64,000 nucleotides of DNA. It comes from a virus. Its lineage: Duplodnaviria; Caudoviricetes. The stretch covers positions 96,001 to 160,000 of IMG/VR virus record IMGVR_UViG_3300021091_000001, one strand, 5' to 3'. The translations under genes were made by a program, and so were the position numbers. The notes under the pieces are model-generated. The model did not search any database. It was not told where the DNA came from and saw nothing but the letters and a program-made list of their open reading frames with translations. Positions 49,904-61,900 of this stretch are shown here, one piece after another; within the stretch, counting starts at the first letter, position 1; every line of letters begins with the position of its first letter.

Positions 49904-51208
49904 CTAAACTTCATCTAGCCATATAGAGTATTCAGAGGTAATTCCTCTATCGGGATGAACAAACATCAAATGCTGACAAGGTCTACTCATAGACTGAAAA
50001 TACTCTTGCGCGTAAGTGTTATGACTCTCTGGTGATCCAGAGATTCTAAGAATACCACTACCTATTGTCATTTTAAATTGCTGATGATAATGACCCATAA
50101 ACACATCATCAAACTCTTCTGGGATCGCTCCATCTTTCCATCCCATTACCTTTTTATAGTAACCATGAAAAGAACTTGGAGCAGGCATCTGGTCGCCGTG
50201 AATTAAAAGACTACTATAACTTCCTATTCTATCTATGGCGTAGAAGCTTCTCTCTCCTCTACCATCTGGAATATCAAATGTGATTCTTTTTTCGTCTTTA
50301 AAAATCCACTGAATAATCTTATAGAGAAGTCTGTCCATATTTGTTTCTGGATCATGCTGTCTTCTTGCTCTTCCACCAACAGCTCCATGATTGCCAATCA
50401 CTCCAGCTACATGAATGTGTTTAAAGTTTTGAAGTGCGATAGTCATAAACTTAGTTAGTATTTCTGGACCATACATACCGACCTGTCTATATAGGCCAGC
50501 GTCCAAAAGATGGCTTTGACCTGGGAATATCTCTTCGCCCTCAACTATATCTCCCAGCAGCCATACATGCAAGGTGTCAATATTATGATGCATTCTTTGA
50601 ATGTTGACAATCTCTAGCATCTTTTCTGTATAGAGTTCCATTCGCTTGGCTAATACGTCAGAGTTATAGCTCTTAGTAATTTTACCAAGTTGCCAGTCAG
50701 AGAATACAGCAACCGCTGTTTCTGGGGTTCCCTTATTTGCTGTATTATAGTTCCTATAAGATACCTTAGGTATCTCGAAAGAACTAAATGCTTGATAGGC
50801 TGCTTGATAAACTGCATTAGCAGCTTCTTCTTTTACGTTTTTATGCTTGTCAACAAGTCTTGCTAAACGCTTATTCTCTGATCTTAAAAAGTCTACAGTA
50901 GAAGAATGAATACTTACAGTATCCCCAGCGGTAGAGACTGAAGCTGAGATAGAGTTATCTAGAGAATTAAAATAATTGTCAAGCTCTTCTACTGATTCTT
51001 CTAAATAATCTTCATAAATAAAATCATTTTTATCTACTACACTAAAATATTTAGAAGCTTCATTTGCGGATATTTCTTCTGCGCTTAGAGTGGAGGCGAG
51101 CACTGAGCCTGGAATATCCTCTTCTCCACTAGTGATCCCTACTGCATTACCTTTGTTTTTTGCCTTAACAATCTGAGTCTTTGTAATCAGGTACATTTTT
51201 TCTGCCAT
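49904..51208 (-). CDS. Calcineurin-like metallophosphoesterase with an N-terminal coiled coil
   Basis: FSDWQLGK, LLGDIVEG, GNHG, IHGD, MGHYH. Confidence 0.8.
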   Translation of the reverse strand: MAEKMYLITKTQIVKAKNKGNAVGITSGEEDIPGSVLASTLSAEEISANEASKYFSVVDKNDFIYEDYLEESVEELDNYFNSLDNSISASVSTAGDTVSIHSSTVDFLRSENKRLARLVDKHKNVKEEAANAVYQAAYQAFSSFEIPKVSYRNYNTANKGTPETAVAVFSDWQLGKITKSYNSDVLAKRMELYTEKMLEIVNIQRMHHNIDTLHVWLLGDIVEGEEIFPGQSHLLDAGLYRQVGMYGPEILTKFMTIALQNFKHIHVAGVIGNHGAVGGRARRQHDPETNMDRLLYKIIQWIFKDEKRITFDIPDGRGERSFYAIDRIGSYSSLLIHGDQMPAPSSFHGYYKKVMGWKDGAIPEEFDDVFMGHYHQQFKMTIGSGILRISGSPESHNTYAQEYFQSMSRPCQHLMFVHPDRGITSEYSIWLDEV

Positions 51209-51232
51209 GCTAATTTCCTTTTCAAAAAGTTA

Positions 51233-52390
51233 TTAAGATATTATAACAGAAAAGACAGAAACAGATCCGGCAATTATGTATTCTCTATCAGAATTTATCC
51301 TAAATACACCCTTTGAAACTTCTTGACCATTTGAAGTTACGCTTAGAATGCTGACAGACTTAACAAAGTCCGATGAAGCTCTCACTTGAGACTCTATATC
51401 ACCAAAAGATATAGAGCTTCCAATGGTTTGTGAGTTAAGATATCTCTTAACAAAGAGAGAAGCTTGAGTCTCTATAGATGTAACAACTTTAGAGCTTAAG
51501 CCAGCTGGCAGAACAACGTTCACCGCTACGTTAACTGGGACTCTTTCTGCTATTCTTATATTAAGCTTAATTCCTACTGGTTTTTTTGCTGACAAAGCAT
51601 TTGCTACAGAATCAACAAAAGCTGCATCTATTCTTTGAGATTCTGGAACAATAATCACATCACAAGAACCTAGTCCATAGGATGATTCTCTCACTCTGAT
51701 ATCTCTAACTCCTGGAATTGCTAAAGCTGTAAGCCTTAAAGATTCATTTGTTCCATAAGAAGTTTCTTTTATTGATCTACTAATTCTCATTCTATATAAG
51801 TCATCTGACTCCATATTAGACATAGAGTATACTTCTTTTGGATTAACACAGAAAATTAAAGTTCCATCTGGAGAAACAAAATTATGTTTTGTGAGAGTCG
51901 CAACAGAAGCAGTAAAGTCATTACCTTGGAAATTGGGCACTACTCTTCCATAAACTCTGGTTGTTCCAGCCAATATCATGACGTCATCAACTAATCTATA
52001 CTGATATTGTCTTGTTGAAAATGAGGTAACATCGTTATAAACCAAAGTATCTTTTGGAATTATAATATCAGATGCCTGAACATTCGAAATATAAAACTCT
52101 ATATTATAGCTAGCCCTTTCTTGTTCAGCCTCGCTAGCTATAAGTCTTCTTCTTACTGAATATAATTCTCCAATTAGATCTAGTGATCTGCCTTTTGCAG
52201 TAGAAAGACAAGATTGATCTATGCCGAATTTAAGTGCTTCGTACAAATCTCCTATTTCAACTGCAAGTGCCTCAGCAAAGGCTCTGGCTATAGATCCTGG
52301 ATGAGTTGCTGTTATCCCTGCGTTTCTCTGCAAAGATTGCAACATTTGAGTAAGTATCTGATCTTTAGTCTTACTGTAAACAATTGGCAT
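51233..52390 (-). CDS. Baseplate J-like wedge protein
   Basis: PGSIARAFAEALA...AKGRSLDLIGE...ESDDLYRMRI...AIPGV. Confidence 0.85.
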   Translation of the reverse strand: MPIVYSKTKDQILTQMLQSLQRNAGITATHPGSIARAFAEALAVEIGDLYEALKFGIDQSCLSTAKGRSLDLIGELYSVRRRLIASEAEQERASYNIEFYISNVQASDIIIPKDTLVYNDVTSFSTRQYQYRLVDDVMILAGTTRVYGRVVPNFQGNDFTASVATLTKHNFVSPDGTLIFCVNPKEVYSMSNMESDDLYRMRISRSIKETSYGTNESLRLTALAIPGVRDIRVRESSYGLGSCDVIIVPESQRIDAAFVDSVANALSAKKPVGIKLNIRIAERVPVNVAVNVVLPAGLSSKVVTSIETQASLFVKRYLNSQTIGSSISFGDIESQVRASSDFVKSVSILSVTSNGQEVSKGVFRINSDREYIIAGSVSVFSVIIS

Positions 52391-52400
52391 TTATATTCCT

Positions 52401-52784
52401 TTATAAGTCTTGAGTAACAGAAAGTGTTACCGGGTCTAGTGAGTTATCCAAGATATGTACATCAAACCTTATTGTATTAGCTGAAGTTGGAACTGCTTCT
52501 ATGCTAATATTTCTTCCTTTAAAAATTCCACCTTTTTCTGGATTTTCTAAGGCAGACCTAACAATTCTTTTTCCTATTTCGCCAGTTGCAATAGTTTGTG
52601 GCATTCCATAAAGCACGGATAGGTCGCATCCCAACTGCGGGTATGCGTAGAAGTCACCAGTTTCTGTCATTAATCTAATAAAAATTTGTTGTACATCTTT
52701 TTGACCAGAGCTTGATACAAGGGCTATGTCCCTGTTAGCAGACAACATAATGTCTCCAGAAAGATCAAAATAAAAATCAGACAT
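52401..52784 (-). CDS. gp25/gpW-like baseplate wedge protein
   Basis: DLSGDI...QQIFIRLMTETG...YPQLGCDL; directly upstream of the J-like gene. Confidence 0.7.
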   Translation of the reverse strand: MSDFYFDLSGDIMLSANRDIALVSSSGQKDVQQIFIRLMTETGDFYAYPQLGCDLSVLYGMPQTIATGEIGKRIVRSALENPEKGGIFKGRNISIEAVPTSANTIRFDVHILDNSLDPVTLSVTQDL

Positions 52785-52786
52785 AG

Positions 52787-53467
52787 CTATTCCATATCAT
52801 TTTTTATCCAAGGAAAATTCTCTAAATTTTCAGGTAAATTATAGTCTTTATTTTTAACTTTATCTACTGCTTGACTAAAACTATAACCAGATTTAATGAG
52901 TGTTATCAATTTTTGGACATCTGAATCGGCGTTGGTTTTAGCAAAAGAGTCTATAAGTGTTTGAACATTTCCTGGAATGATTTTATCTCCGGATTCGCCA
53001 ATAGACTGATCTATTTTATCCTGAGGTGCACCCAGTCCATATCTACCCTCTATAGTAACTGGTATATTAAGCTGAGGATCCTTTAGGTCTTCTAAATCAT
53101 TTAAATATCTTACCGTATTATAATATGCTGGATTATTGGCAAACTGTCCGGTTTTAATAAGGGCTGGCTCATTGTACATATCTGCAGCTGGATTAAAAGA
53201 CATGCTATTCCACCTAAGTCCGTCATCCTCTCTTGAGTACATTTTAATTGAATCCGCAAAAATGGAAACACTTCTGGTGTTTGGATTAATTACAATTCCC
53301 ACTCCTGGACAAGCAAATATTTCTATTTCCCCAGAATCAGCGACTCTAATGAATGAACTATTATCTGGATGATTTAAACCCACTTCTCTATTGGAGAATT
53401 TCTTTCTTCTATTAATTTCGTAGGCTTCATCAAAGACGTCATTAATTTCTGGTATAGCTTTTTCCAT
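52787..53467 (-). CDS. Putative baseplate spike-related protein (C-terminal-type)
   Basis: REVGLNHPDNSSFIRVADSGEIEIFA beta-repeat; GAGG RBS before the ATG at 53467; position in the operon. Confidence 0.45.
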   Translation of the reverse strand: MEKAIPEINDVFDEAYEINRRKKFSNREVGLNHPDNSSFIRVADSGEIEIFACPGVGIVINPNTRSVSIFADSIKMYSREDDGLRWNSMSFNPAADMYNEPALIKTGQFANNPAYYNTVRYLNDLEDLKDPQLNIPVTIEGRYGLGAPQDKIDQSIGESGDKIIPGNVQTLIDSFAKTNADSDVQKLITLIKSGYSFSQAVDKVKNKDYNLPENLENFPWIKNDME

Positions 53468-53474
53468 TTTTTCC

Positions 53475-53840
53475 TCAAGACATGAACTTAGGTATTCCGG
53501 TATCAACGGAATTGTTTACAACATTTTTAAACCCTGAATTACTGTCATTAAAATAGCTTACAATATAAGGTTCTTTTTCCATTTCATCCCTAAACATAAC
53601 ATAGCACCTTGTACCTGGTGAAGGAGAAACTGTTTGAATACCATAGTAAAATGGACATGGTACATTTGTCATCATTTCTCCTATGTTGTTTGAATACTTT
53701 TCGTCCAAAACTATTGTTGCAGTATTATTATCTATATTATATGACATTATTGTTGCTGGTCTTGTCTTTGATTGTCTAAATCTTGAATTTGTTATTTGAT
53801 CATTTATTTTTTGATCAAATTTAGGATAATTAATCGGCAT
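53475..53840 (-). CDS. Putative gpV/gp5-like N-terminal OB-fold protein
   Basis: RPATIMSYN...TATIVL...NVPCP...PSPGTRCYVMF. Confidence 0.5.
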   Translation of the reverse strand: MPINYPKFDQKINDQITNSRFRQSKTRPATIMSYNIDNNTATIVLDEKYSNNIGEMMTNVPCPFYYGIQTVSPSPGTRCYVMFRDEMEKEPYIVSYFNDSNSGFKNVVNNSVDTGIPKFMS

Positions 53841-53850
53841 GATGCCTCCC

Positions 53851-55993
53851 TTATACCGTTGTTCCATCCCACTTAAATACTTCGCCATCAATCCATCTAT
53901 CTAAATATGGATCAATTAATACACCATTTGAAACTTGACCTTTAAAAGTTTTTAATAACCAAGAGTCAAATCTAGTTTTAGGAAAACCACTGTTTTGCGT
54001 ATACGTATCTATAGCTGTTTTATATTTTAGATATCCAAAACACCAAACAACAGAGCTTTTTTTATAACCACCCCATGGCCTAAACATGTCAGATGTAAGT
54101 TTTATTTTAGTTTTATTCTTTATATTTTTTGAGGCAGTTACGGGAGCATTGGCTACATATGCTAAAGAAAATGCTTGATTATATGGGATGAATAACCTTG
54201 GATCTGTTGTGCTCCTATTGGCTAATTCAAGAACCTTTTTCTCTAAACTAGAAGGATCAGAGTCATCGTCTATGCTGTAAGCTAGTTTGAAGCCTAAAAC
54301 ATTATCTTCTGTTGGAGAAATCAAATAAAATGTTTTACGTCCGTGAGCTCCCGGTAGTAGATTACATTGGAAGAAGCCAAAAGAAAAATCTCCATCTCCA
54401 TTGTCTTTATTCTCATTTAAGCCTCCTGGTCTAGGTGATTCTCTTTCTGCTATACACGCAAATAAAGCTGCTGTTTCTTCATCCCATATTCCAGAACCAA
54501 CTAAAACATTATATATTTCATCAACAGTAAAGACTGTATTAAGATCATCTTTATAGGATTTTTTAAATTTATCAACACTAGCTGCTGCACCAGCTGCTCC
54601 TGTTGAAACACTAGGTCCACCGACTATCTCTGCTGCAATTTCTGGAGAAATAAAACTTCCTGCTCTTTGTGGACCAAAGCTTATGTGGATATGATTTCTG
54701 TGTGCAGCATCTGCATAAAAATTTACATGAGGAGCAAGTCCTGGATACTTTTTCCTTATGGGAGTACTTAGTCCTTCGGGACCTTCTGTAATCCCCATCT
54801 CTGCTCTTAGATCTTGACTGATTGTGATTAAATCTGGATGAAGATCGTGAGGAACGGTTTGAAGCTGGCTAAGCAAGATATCTAATGCCATTATGTATTC
54901 TTGCTTTGTTGCTACTTTTCCAGTATTCATTCCCAGCTTAATTCCTTGCTCTTTGGACATTCCAACTGCTCCAATATCAAATGCTCGACCAAAAGCATGA
55001 TCAGTCACTCCATTGACAGTTGTTGAAAGTTGCTGATAATTAGCACCAAGAAGTGGTCTATCTCCTTGGTCTCCCTCTATATACATTTTATCTGTTAGTC
55101 TCAATAATAGCTCAATCAAAGCTGCAGAGACTTTACATGTTCTTACTCCAGAACCAAAATGATTATTTAGTTTTACTTTGTTAAATGCTTCAGTCTCATT
55201 TTTATATGTTGTGCTTTGATATACATCAAATTTTATTGATTTTAAATCTTGTACGACCTCTTTGTACTTTGCTGTATCAAAATTAATTGATACATCTCTA
55301 ATTGACCCACCAAAATTCTTTTTATTATTTAATAAATTTATTTTTTCAATATAGATTTTTTTTTCTTGATCACTTAATTGATCTACAAAAGCTATATCTC
55401 TAGAACCGCCATTGAATACCTGAGCATCGGAGTATGGAGTATAACCCTTTAAGCTATGCTGAAGCTTAGTTCCGTTGGTCAGTAGTCACTGTTGCAGTTG
55501 TGCTATTATTTGCTGCTGAACCTTCAGCAGTAATCATATCAGTACCCGTCTTTGATGCGATTAGATCTTGCATAGTTGTAGCAAATCCACCAGGAGCATA
55601 ACCAGTTAACAAAAAAGAATCCTTTAATATGTGCTGCCTAGCGTCTGCTCCGCTTAAAAACTTTTTCTCCGGATCATTTGGATCAGCATTTGGATCAGGA
55701 ATCTTTATACTATCATCTATATCTCCAGCCATTGCTATAATTCCATGCAGGGATGACTGCACATTCTGTATATACCCATTTATAGCAAATCCTGGATTTC
55801 TATATATTCCATCACCTTGAAGAATTTTTACAGGATCTGCAGAAGTTAAACTTCTTCCAGAAGTATCATCAACAGATTGTGTTGTATTTTTATAAACCTC
55901 TACGCCGTTTGGGTAGAATGTTTCTCCTATTCTTTGCGTTATTGACTGAGAGTTGTTTAGATCATCTAAGTCAAGACTAAAATCAGAGGACAC
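53851..55993 (-). CDS. Tail-associated lysin: M15-type peptidase plus lysozyme-like/transglycosylase domain; needs a +1 shift at CGG 55474-55472 (about 713 aa joined)
   Basis: DHAFGRAFD (H-x6-D) and HRNHIH (HxH) zinc-peptidase motifs; IAERES...FGFFQCN SLT motifs. Junction GAC CAA C GGA ACT AAG; +1 frame open across 55120-55465. Confidence 0.75.
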
Positions 55994-58900
55994 GACCAGA
56001 CCCACTTCCAACAGATTCTCTCGATTCAGTTATATTTGTTTCAACTCTTACAAGCCTTGGAATTTGATCTCTAGCGCCAATAACAGATCGCGGATTATTG
56101 TACTTTATTCCATCCATATAAACCTTTGCTAATCCATTAATAACTAGTTCCCAGTTGAGAGTAATTGGACTTCCATCCTCATAGTACTCATCCCAAGAAA
56201 TTATTGGCCATTCAGATGCTTTTTGATACATCTGATTTGTCAAAAGAATATTCATCAAAATATTGAAGTTCCTTATTTCAACTTCAGATAATTGCGAATC
56301 ACCAGAAGCTAATGGATCCTCCTGACCAGTTGCTGAGAAATGCTCTAGTAAGTCAGACATTGAATCCAGTGCGGCATACAGTTGCTTAAAATAGACAAAA
56401 GATGGAGATTCTGGATATAACATCTTTTTAACATCCTGCTTTATTGTCTCATTAAAATCTTGAACAAACTGATTATTCCTCTGCCTTAAGAATAAACCTC
56501 TTAATTCATTATATAGTTTATCATAAGTATTTGAACTAACTCTGCAAAATACTGTAGACATATATCTATCTTCTGAATATGTTTGACCAGAACTCTTATA
56601 TGCTATAGCATAATTTTCTGGTCTGTTTTGTTCTGAACCTGGCTCGTACGCATCTTCTACTGGTATCACCATAGAGGGATCTTTTGGATTTGTTCTCAAA
56701 ACGATAAGTTTACCCTTCACTGCTTCTTGAACAAATCTTAATGCTTTTCCAGCAGAAGAATTTTCGTTGACTATAGCTGTTTTAAAAGAATCTGTTCCTG
56801 TAGCAGCACCAACGTTCATCTTTGCCAATTCAGATGTGTCTATTCCTTCAAATCTGACTGTATATCTGATTGGATTTGATGTTCCAGAACTCAATATGTC
56901 TTCTACTTCAAATGTATCACCGTCTTTAACGTGAACAACTTTTACAATTGATTTAAAATATTCATTTAAGGCTGTTTTCTCTGGACCTATTCCAGAATAT
57001 TTTAATATTTGAGAATGAACAATGGCATTCTCTAAACTAATATAACGAACAAGATTGCCTATTTCCTTTTCTTTCCAGCCAAAACTCTTGAAGATATCAT
57101 CTGCTCTAATATACATGTTGCCCTCTGATGATCTGACAAAAGATCTTGTACCGAGAATTCCAGGAAGAAGTTTCTTTGAATGATATCTACCAACCACCAT
57201 TCCTTGATTAAAAGAAAGCCCTGCATCCATCGGCTGACCATTCTTATTTAGGTATTGAATATAGCAACCGTGTTGATCAAGTACATTGTCCCTGATCTTT
57301 TTCCATCCACCCCACACACCATCACTAGCAAGAGCCATCACTCCAGCTGTAACTCCAGTTCGAAAAGCCCCACTTGCCAACGCTGAAGTTGCTGCTGCAG
57401 CTGCAGGAGCACCCGCTCCCATTGTTAGAATTCCAACAGCAGCTGTCACGCCAACGGTTATTGCAGGCATGCCTAGTGCAGAAAACACTGCCATCCCCAT
57501 AGATCCATGCTGTTTACCAGTATTTTGTCTTATTAAGGCTTCCATTCTTTGCTTTGTATCTGGAATTGATTCTGCTAATTGATTTGCAACAATATCTTTG
57601 ACAAGTGCAGAATGTCCATGAGTATACTGAACTGCTCCAGTTAACTGTGTTCTCAATCCTTCTGATATCTTGTTGAGAGAAACGTCTCCGTTTGTTGTTA
57701 AGATGTTATTATTTGAAGCTGCAGATAACATGAGTCTTGTATTATTTCTTAAGTCCTGCATACTAAAATGAGATGCGATCCAAGAAGACATGAACCATCT
57801 TGATGGATCATTTACGGATACAAATGCGTTTGGAGTTATAGATGTAACAAATCCCATTTGTGGAGTGAAGTGATGTACAACTTGTTCTACTTCAAAAATT
57901 CCGTACATTCTTTCGTAAACATCAGCTAAATAAACCAAGTCAAATGGTCTTATGTCGGCATTACCGATAATAAGAAGTTCTCCACCATATATATCTTTAA
58001 GTGATTCTCTTAGATAAGAGAGTGCTACTCTTTTTGCGGTAATTTCATCTGGTTCTCCAGCTGCGCTCTTTGCTATTCCTCTAATTGTTTCCAGAGGATG
58101 CATAAGGGGATGTAAAAATCCGGTTATTCCAGAACCCTTTAGATTATCAAAATAAATACCAGTCTCTACTGTTTTCTCAACTTGTCTTTCTGGCGGAGCA
58201 GCTTTGTCTAAAGCCACAGTAACTGGATATTTCCCATCTGATACAGCAGTAATTTGAGTTGCAACTCCTCCAATATTTTCTTTAATATTATTAGAAATAA
58301 TGTGAGAGAAAGAACTGATATAATGCATTCTTTGAAACGGCTCTCTTACTTCTACAACTGGTTCGCCATACTCTCTTGTAAATGGATTGTCTACTGCTCT
58401 AAGAAGAGAGCCAGGTCTACCAAGAGAATAATAAATTGAATCATTATATGCTTTATTGAGTATGTTAGCCTGTTGAGTAAAATTCTCCAACTGAGAAAGA
58501 CCATATCCAAGTTGTTGCATGGATATCTGGAACATGTTTAATAGGCCGCCTAGCGAAGACTTAAAAGCTGAAAATATTGGGCCTATATTTCTATCCCAGA
58601 AAGAACCAAGGTCTGATTTTAATCCAGTAAGATAATTTGTTGCACTATTTCCTTCTTTTGCATTCTTCTGCAAAAGTTTTTTAAATGCGTTATCATCACT
58701 GGCATAGTTCACATTGTAGTCAATAAAAGCCTGCCATATTTTATCTACTGGTCTAAAACTCCATGCTTCCTCATGATCTATTGAAAGTTCTGCAGCGGCT
58801 CCAGCTGCAATTGAAAGACCAGCAGTAAATGGTGCAGCAAGAAGGCCAAGACCAAAAGCTCCACCTTCCTTTTTTCTGTCTGGTCTTAGCACTAACCATG

Positions 58901-61900
58901 CTCTTGAGTATGGATCAGACCACATTTTTTGTCTAAAAATTCCAACCATAAAAAGGAATAATTGTTTTGGACTCTTTATTTGAGATAAATAATCATCAAT
59001 GTCTTCTTCAGTTATATCACTGATAGCTTCTGGATTTCGAAATCTCATTGCATCCCATTTTTTATTAACAGAATTAGTTTCAGCAGATGAGTATTTCGAT
59101 TGAATCTCTTGTGTAGTTACGTCAGTCGAGGTTGCATTTGACACTGCAGATTTATATTCTTTTTGTTGTTCTTTCTTATTGTAGTTATATAGATAGGTAT
59201 ATTGTCTGACCATATTTCTTATATTAGAAACTTTTTTGTATATTAAAAAATTGAAGGTGTCTGTAAGGCCCTTCTCTTCATTCAAGATTGGTTTTTCTGA
59301 CTCGTTGTATCCATCGAATCCAGCATTAATGTATTCTTTAACAGCTATATCAACTACTTCTTTTCTCTGCTGTGGATCTCTACTGCCTTCAAACCAGTCT
59401 GGTCCAAGTATTGCTGAAAAATCTCTTGTTGAGTTAGAGATTAAATAGTCATCAATTGTTTTTTTTGACTTTGAAGTAATAATACTAAAAAGTGGATCAG
59501 ATGATTCTGAATCATCATCTGGATCTAGATTATACATTTGCTGCCATATATTTTTTACAGAATCATAATTGTGATAGCCAGTTCTAAACTGGTCCCATAT
59601 TCCTTGGGCTTGACCAATTGTTCTGCCATTGCCAGCAATTACTTTTATTTCTGAATCAAACTTTTCATCAAAAAATGCTCTAGCCTGTATTGATACAGGA
59701 TTATCTGCTGTATATACAGCGGCAAATTGCTCCCTATAATTACCAGCATTCTTAGCATCTGCGTCTTTTTCTAGAATATCTTTTAGATTATCTTGCTCTA
59801 GATTTGAAAGATTATCATCAAAAATTTCAGAGAAGTAAGCTTTATAATTTCCACCATTATTCTGATCTCTCTTAAGAGCATCAGATGATCTGAGAAATAG
59901 TGACTCATCTGGAGTATAGATGAAAGACGGTCTTAGTCCTCCTCTTATCCCAGATCTAGTTTCACCTACAAATTCTCCCGCAACTGCAACAAGATCTCCC
60001 TCTTCCAGAGTTTGAAGATCTGTTTTCCCTTCTTTTCTATATACGCCAAATCCTATTAAGTTTGGCTGATAGCTCCCAAATGGACCAGTAGGAGTTCTTC
60101 TGCTTGCGCTAAATTCTTGAACAGGATTGACTGCAGTGGTCACTACTCCTAATGGAACTGAGTCAGAAACAAAAGTGAAATAACACTCAGGTTGACCAAG
60201 AGTAGATGGATCTCCCATTTTTTCTTTAAAGTCAGCTGTAGTCTTCATTGGAATAGTATCTAGAATGTCTTCATTGTCTGAAACTTCACCAAATGGATCT
60301 GAGCCACTAAGAGGAAAATTAATTTTTCCTTCATCGTTTATAATAATTTCTTCTAAGAAATACGCAGCGTCTGGAGATACTATTGCATCTACATCTATAT
60401 TCTCTCCCCACATAAAATATGCAGGAGCGCAAACAACTGCTCTTTTAGTGTTTGGATTATATACTAAGACTTTTCTTCTCTTATAGTCTGATACGTTACC
60501 ATACAAATCGCTATCGCTAAAGCCATATCTTTTCTTAAACATTTCTCTCATTTTACTATTGTCTTCGCCTGCTTTATAGGGCCATCTCATAGCAATATAG
60601 AATTGTTCGTGTTCTGCGTCTATTGGCATGCCCCACTCTTGAAAATCAAGACGTTGTTTCTCATCTGAAATATATGCGTCTTCATAAGCTGGGTCTAAAT
60701 CTTGATAGACTTCAGAATAGCCTTTCGTAAAAGATATTTTTGCTTCTGATTCACCCTGGGAATTTTTATTATACGATATACTAGTTCCCTCTGAACCTTG
60801 TATAAATACTGGTAGCGGCATTGTTACTAGCAAGCTTGCCTCTACTCCAGATCTGGTAGTACTAGGTCTTAGTCCTGATGGATCGAATGCAGCGCTTTGT
60901 GCAGTAAAATAATCTCCACCTATTAATTTTAACTTTGATGCAAATGAAAAATTAAAGTCTAGAGACTTTTCATCACCTTTAGTTGTAACAAGAGATGTGT
61001 CTTTTCCATCACCTTTTTGATCAATCATCTGTTTTTCAATCAATGCAACGTCTACAATATTCGACATTGATCTTTGAATGTCATCTATATCTTCTATTCT
61101 TAGAATTTTATCTAAGTCAAGAGAAGGAAGAGTTCCACTTATTCTATCGGTAAAAAACGGATAACTATATCTGATAGGAAGCTGTGGAACCTGTTTGTGA
61201 TCATCTTGAATTTCTCTTACAATACCACCAGAACCAAAAGGTAAGTGAAAACCAACTTGTACTTTACCTTTATTTTTAGGAAGCACTGAAACAACTTCTA
61301 CATTTCCAGTATCTTTAAATAAATTTATTCTTGAGTAATACTTTAATCTTTCTGGATCTTCAAGATCTATTACCGTACCACCAAGTCCTCCAGAAGAAGA
61401 TTCAGCACTGGGTTTAAAAATTCCTCCGTACTCTGACATGTCCTTTGCAAAAGAAGCTAATGTATCAGACATTGGAGACTCTTTAAGCTGCAGAGCGGCT
61501 GCAGCATCTCCTAGTGGAGATGTTTCTTTATTAATAGAATTAAGTATTGACTTGAGATCATCATCAGCTTTAATGTAACCTGGAATATTAACTCCATCTT
61601 TTTGCGCTTGCTCTTCTGATGGGAAGCCAGTTGAAATCGGAACTACACCAGATGTATACAGCCAATGTGGTTTTCCATAAAATATTGTTGATCTATCTTC
61701 AAATGGTCTAACTGCAACTATATAGTTTGGAAGAAGTCTTGCACATAGCTGAAACATATCCCATACTGATCTCATGTAGGTTTGTGCTCTAAATGAAACT
61801 TCATCATAAATATCATCATCTGTATTATTTAATAGTCCCATAGTCGAAAACAGATTCTTGAATCCTCTGCCCGATAGAGTTTTTAAAAGCTTAGTTCCTA

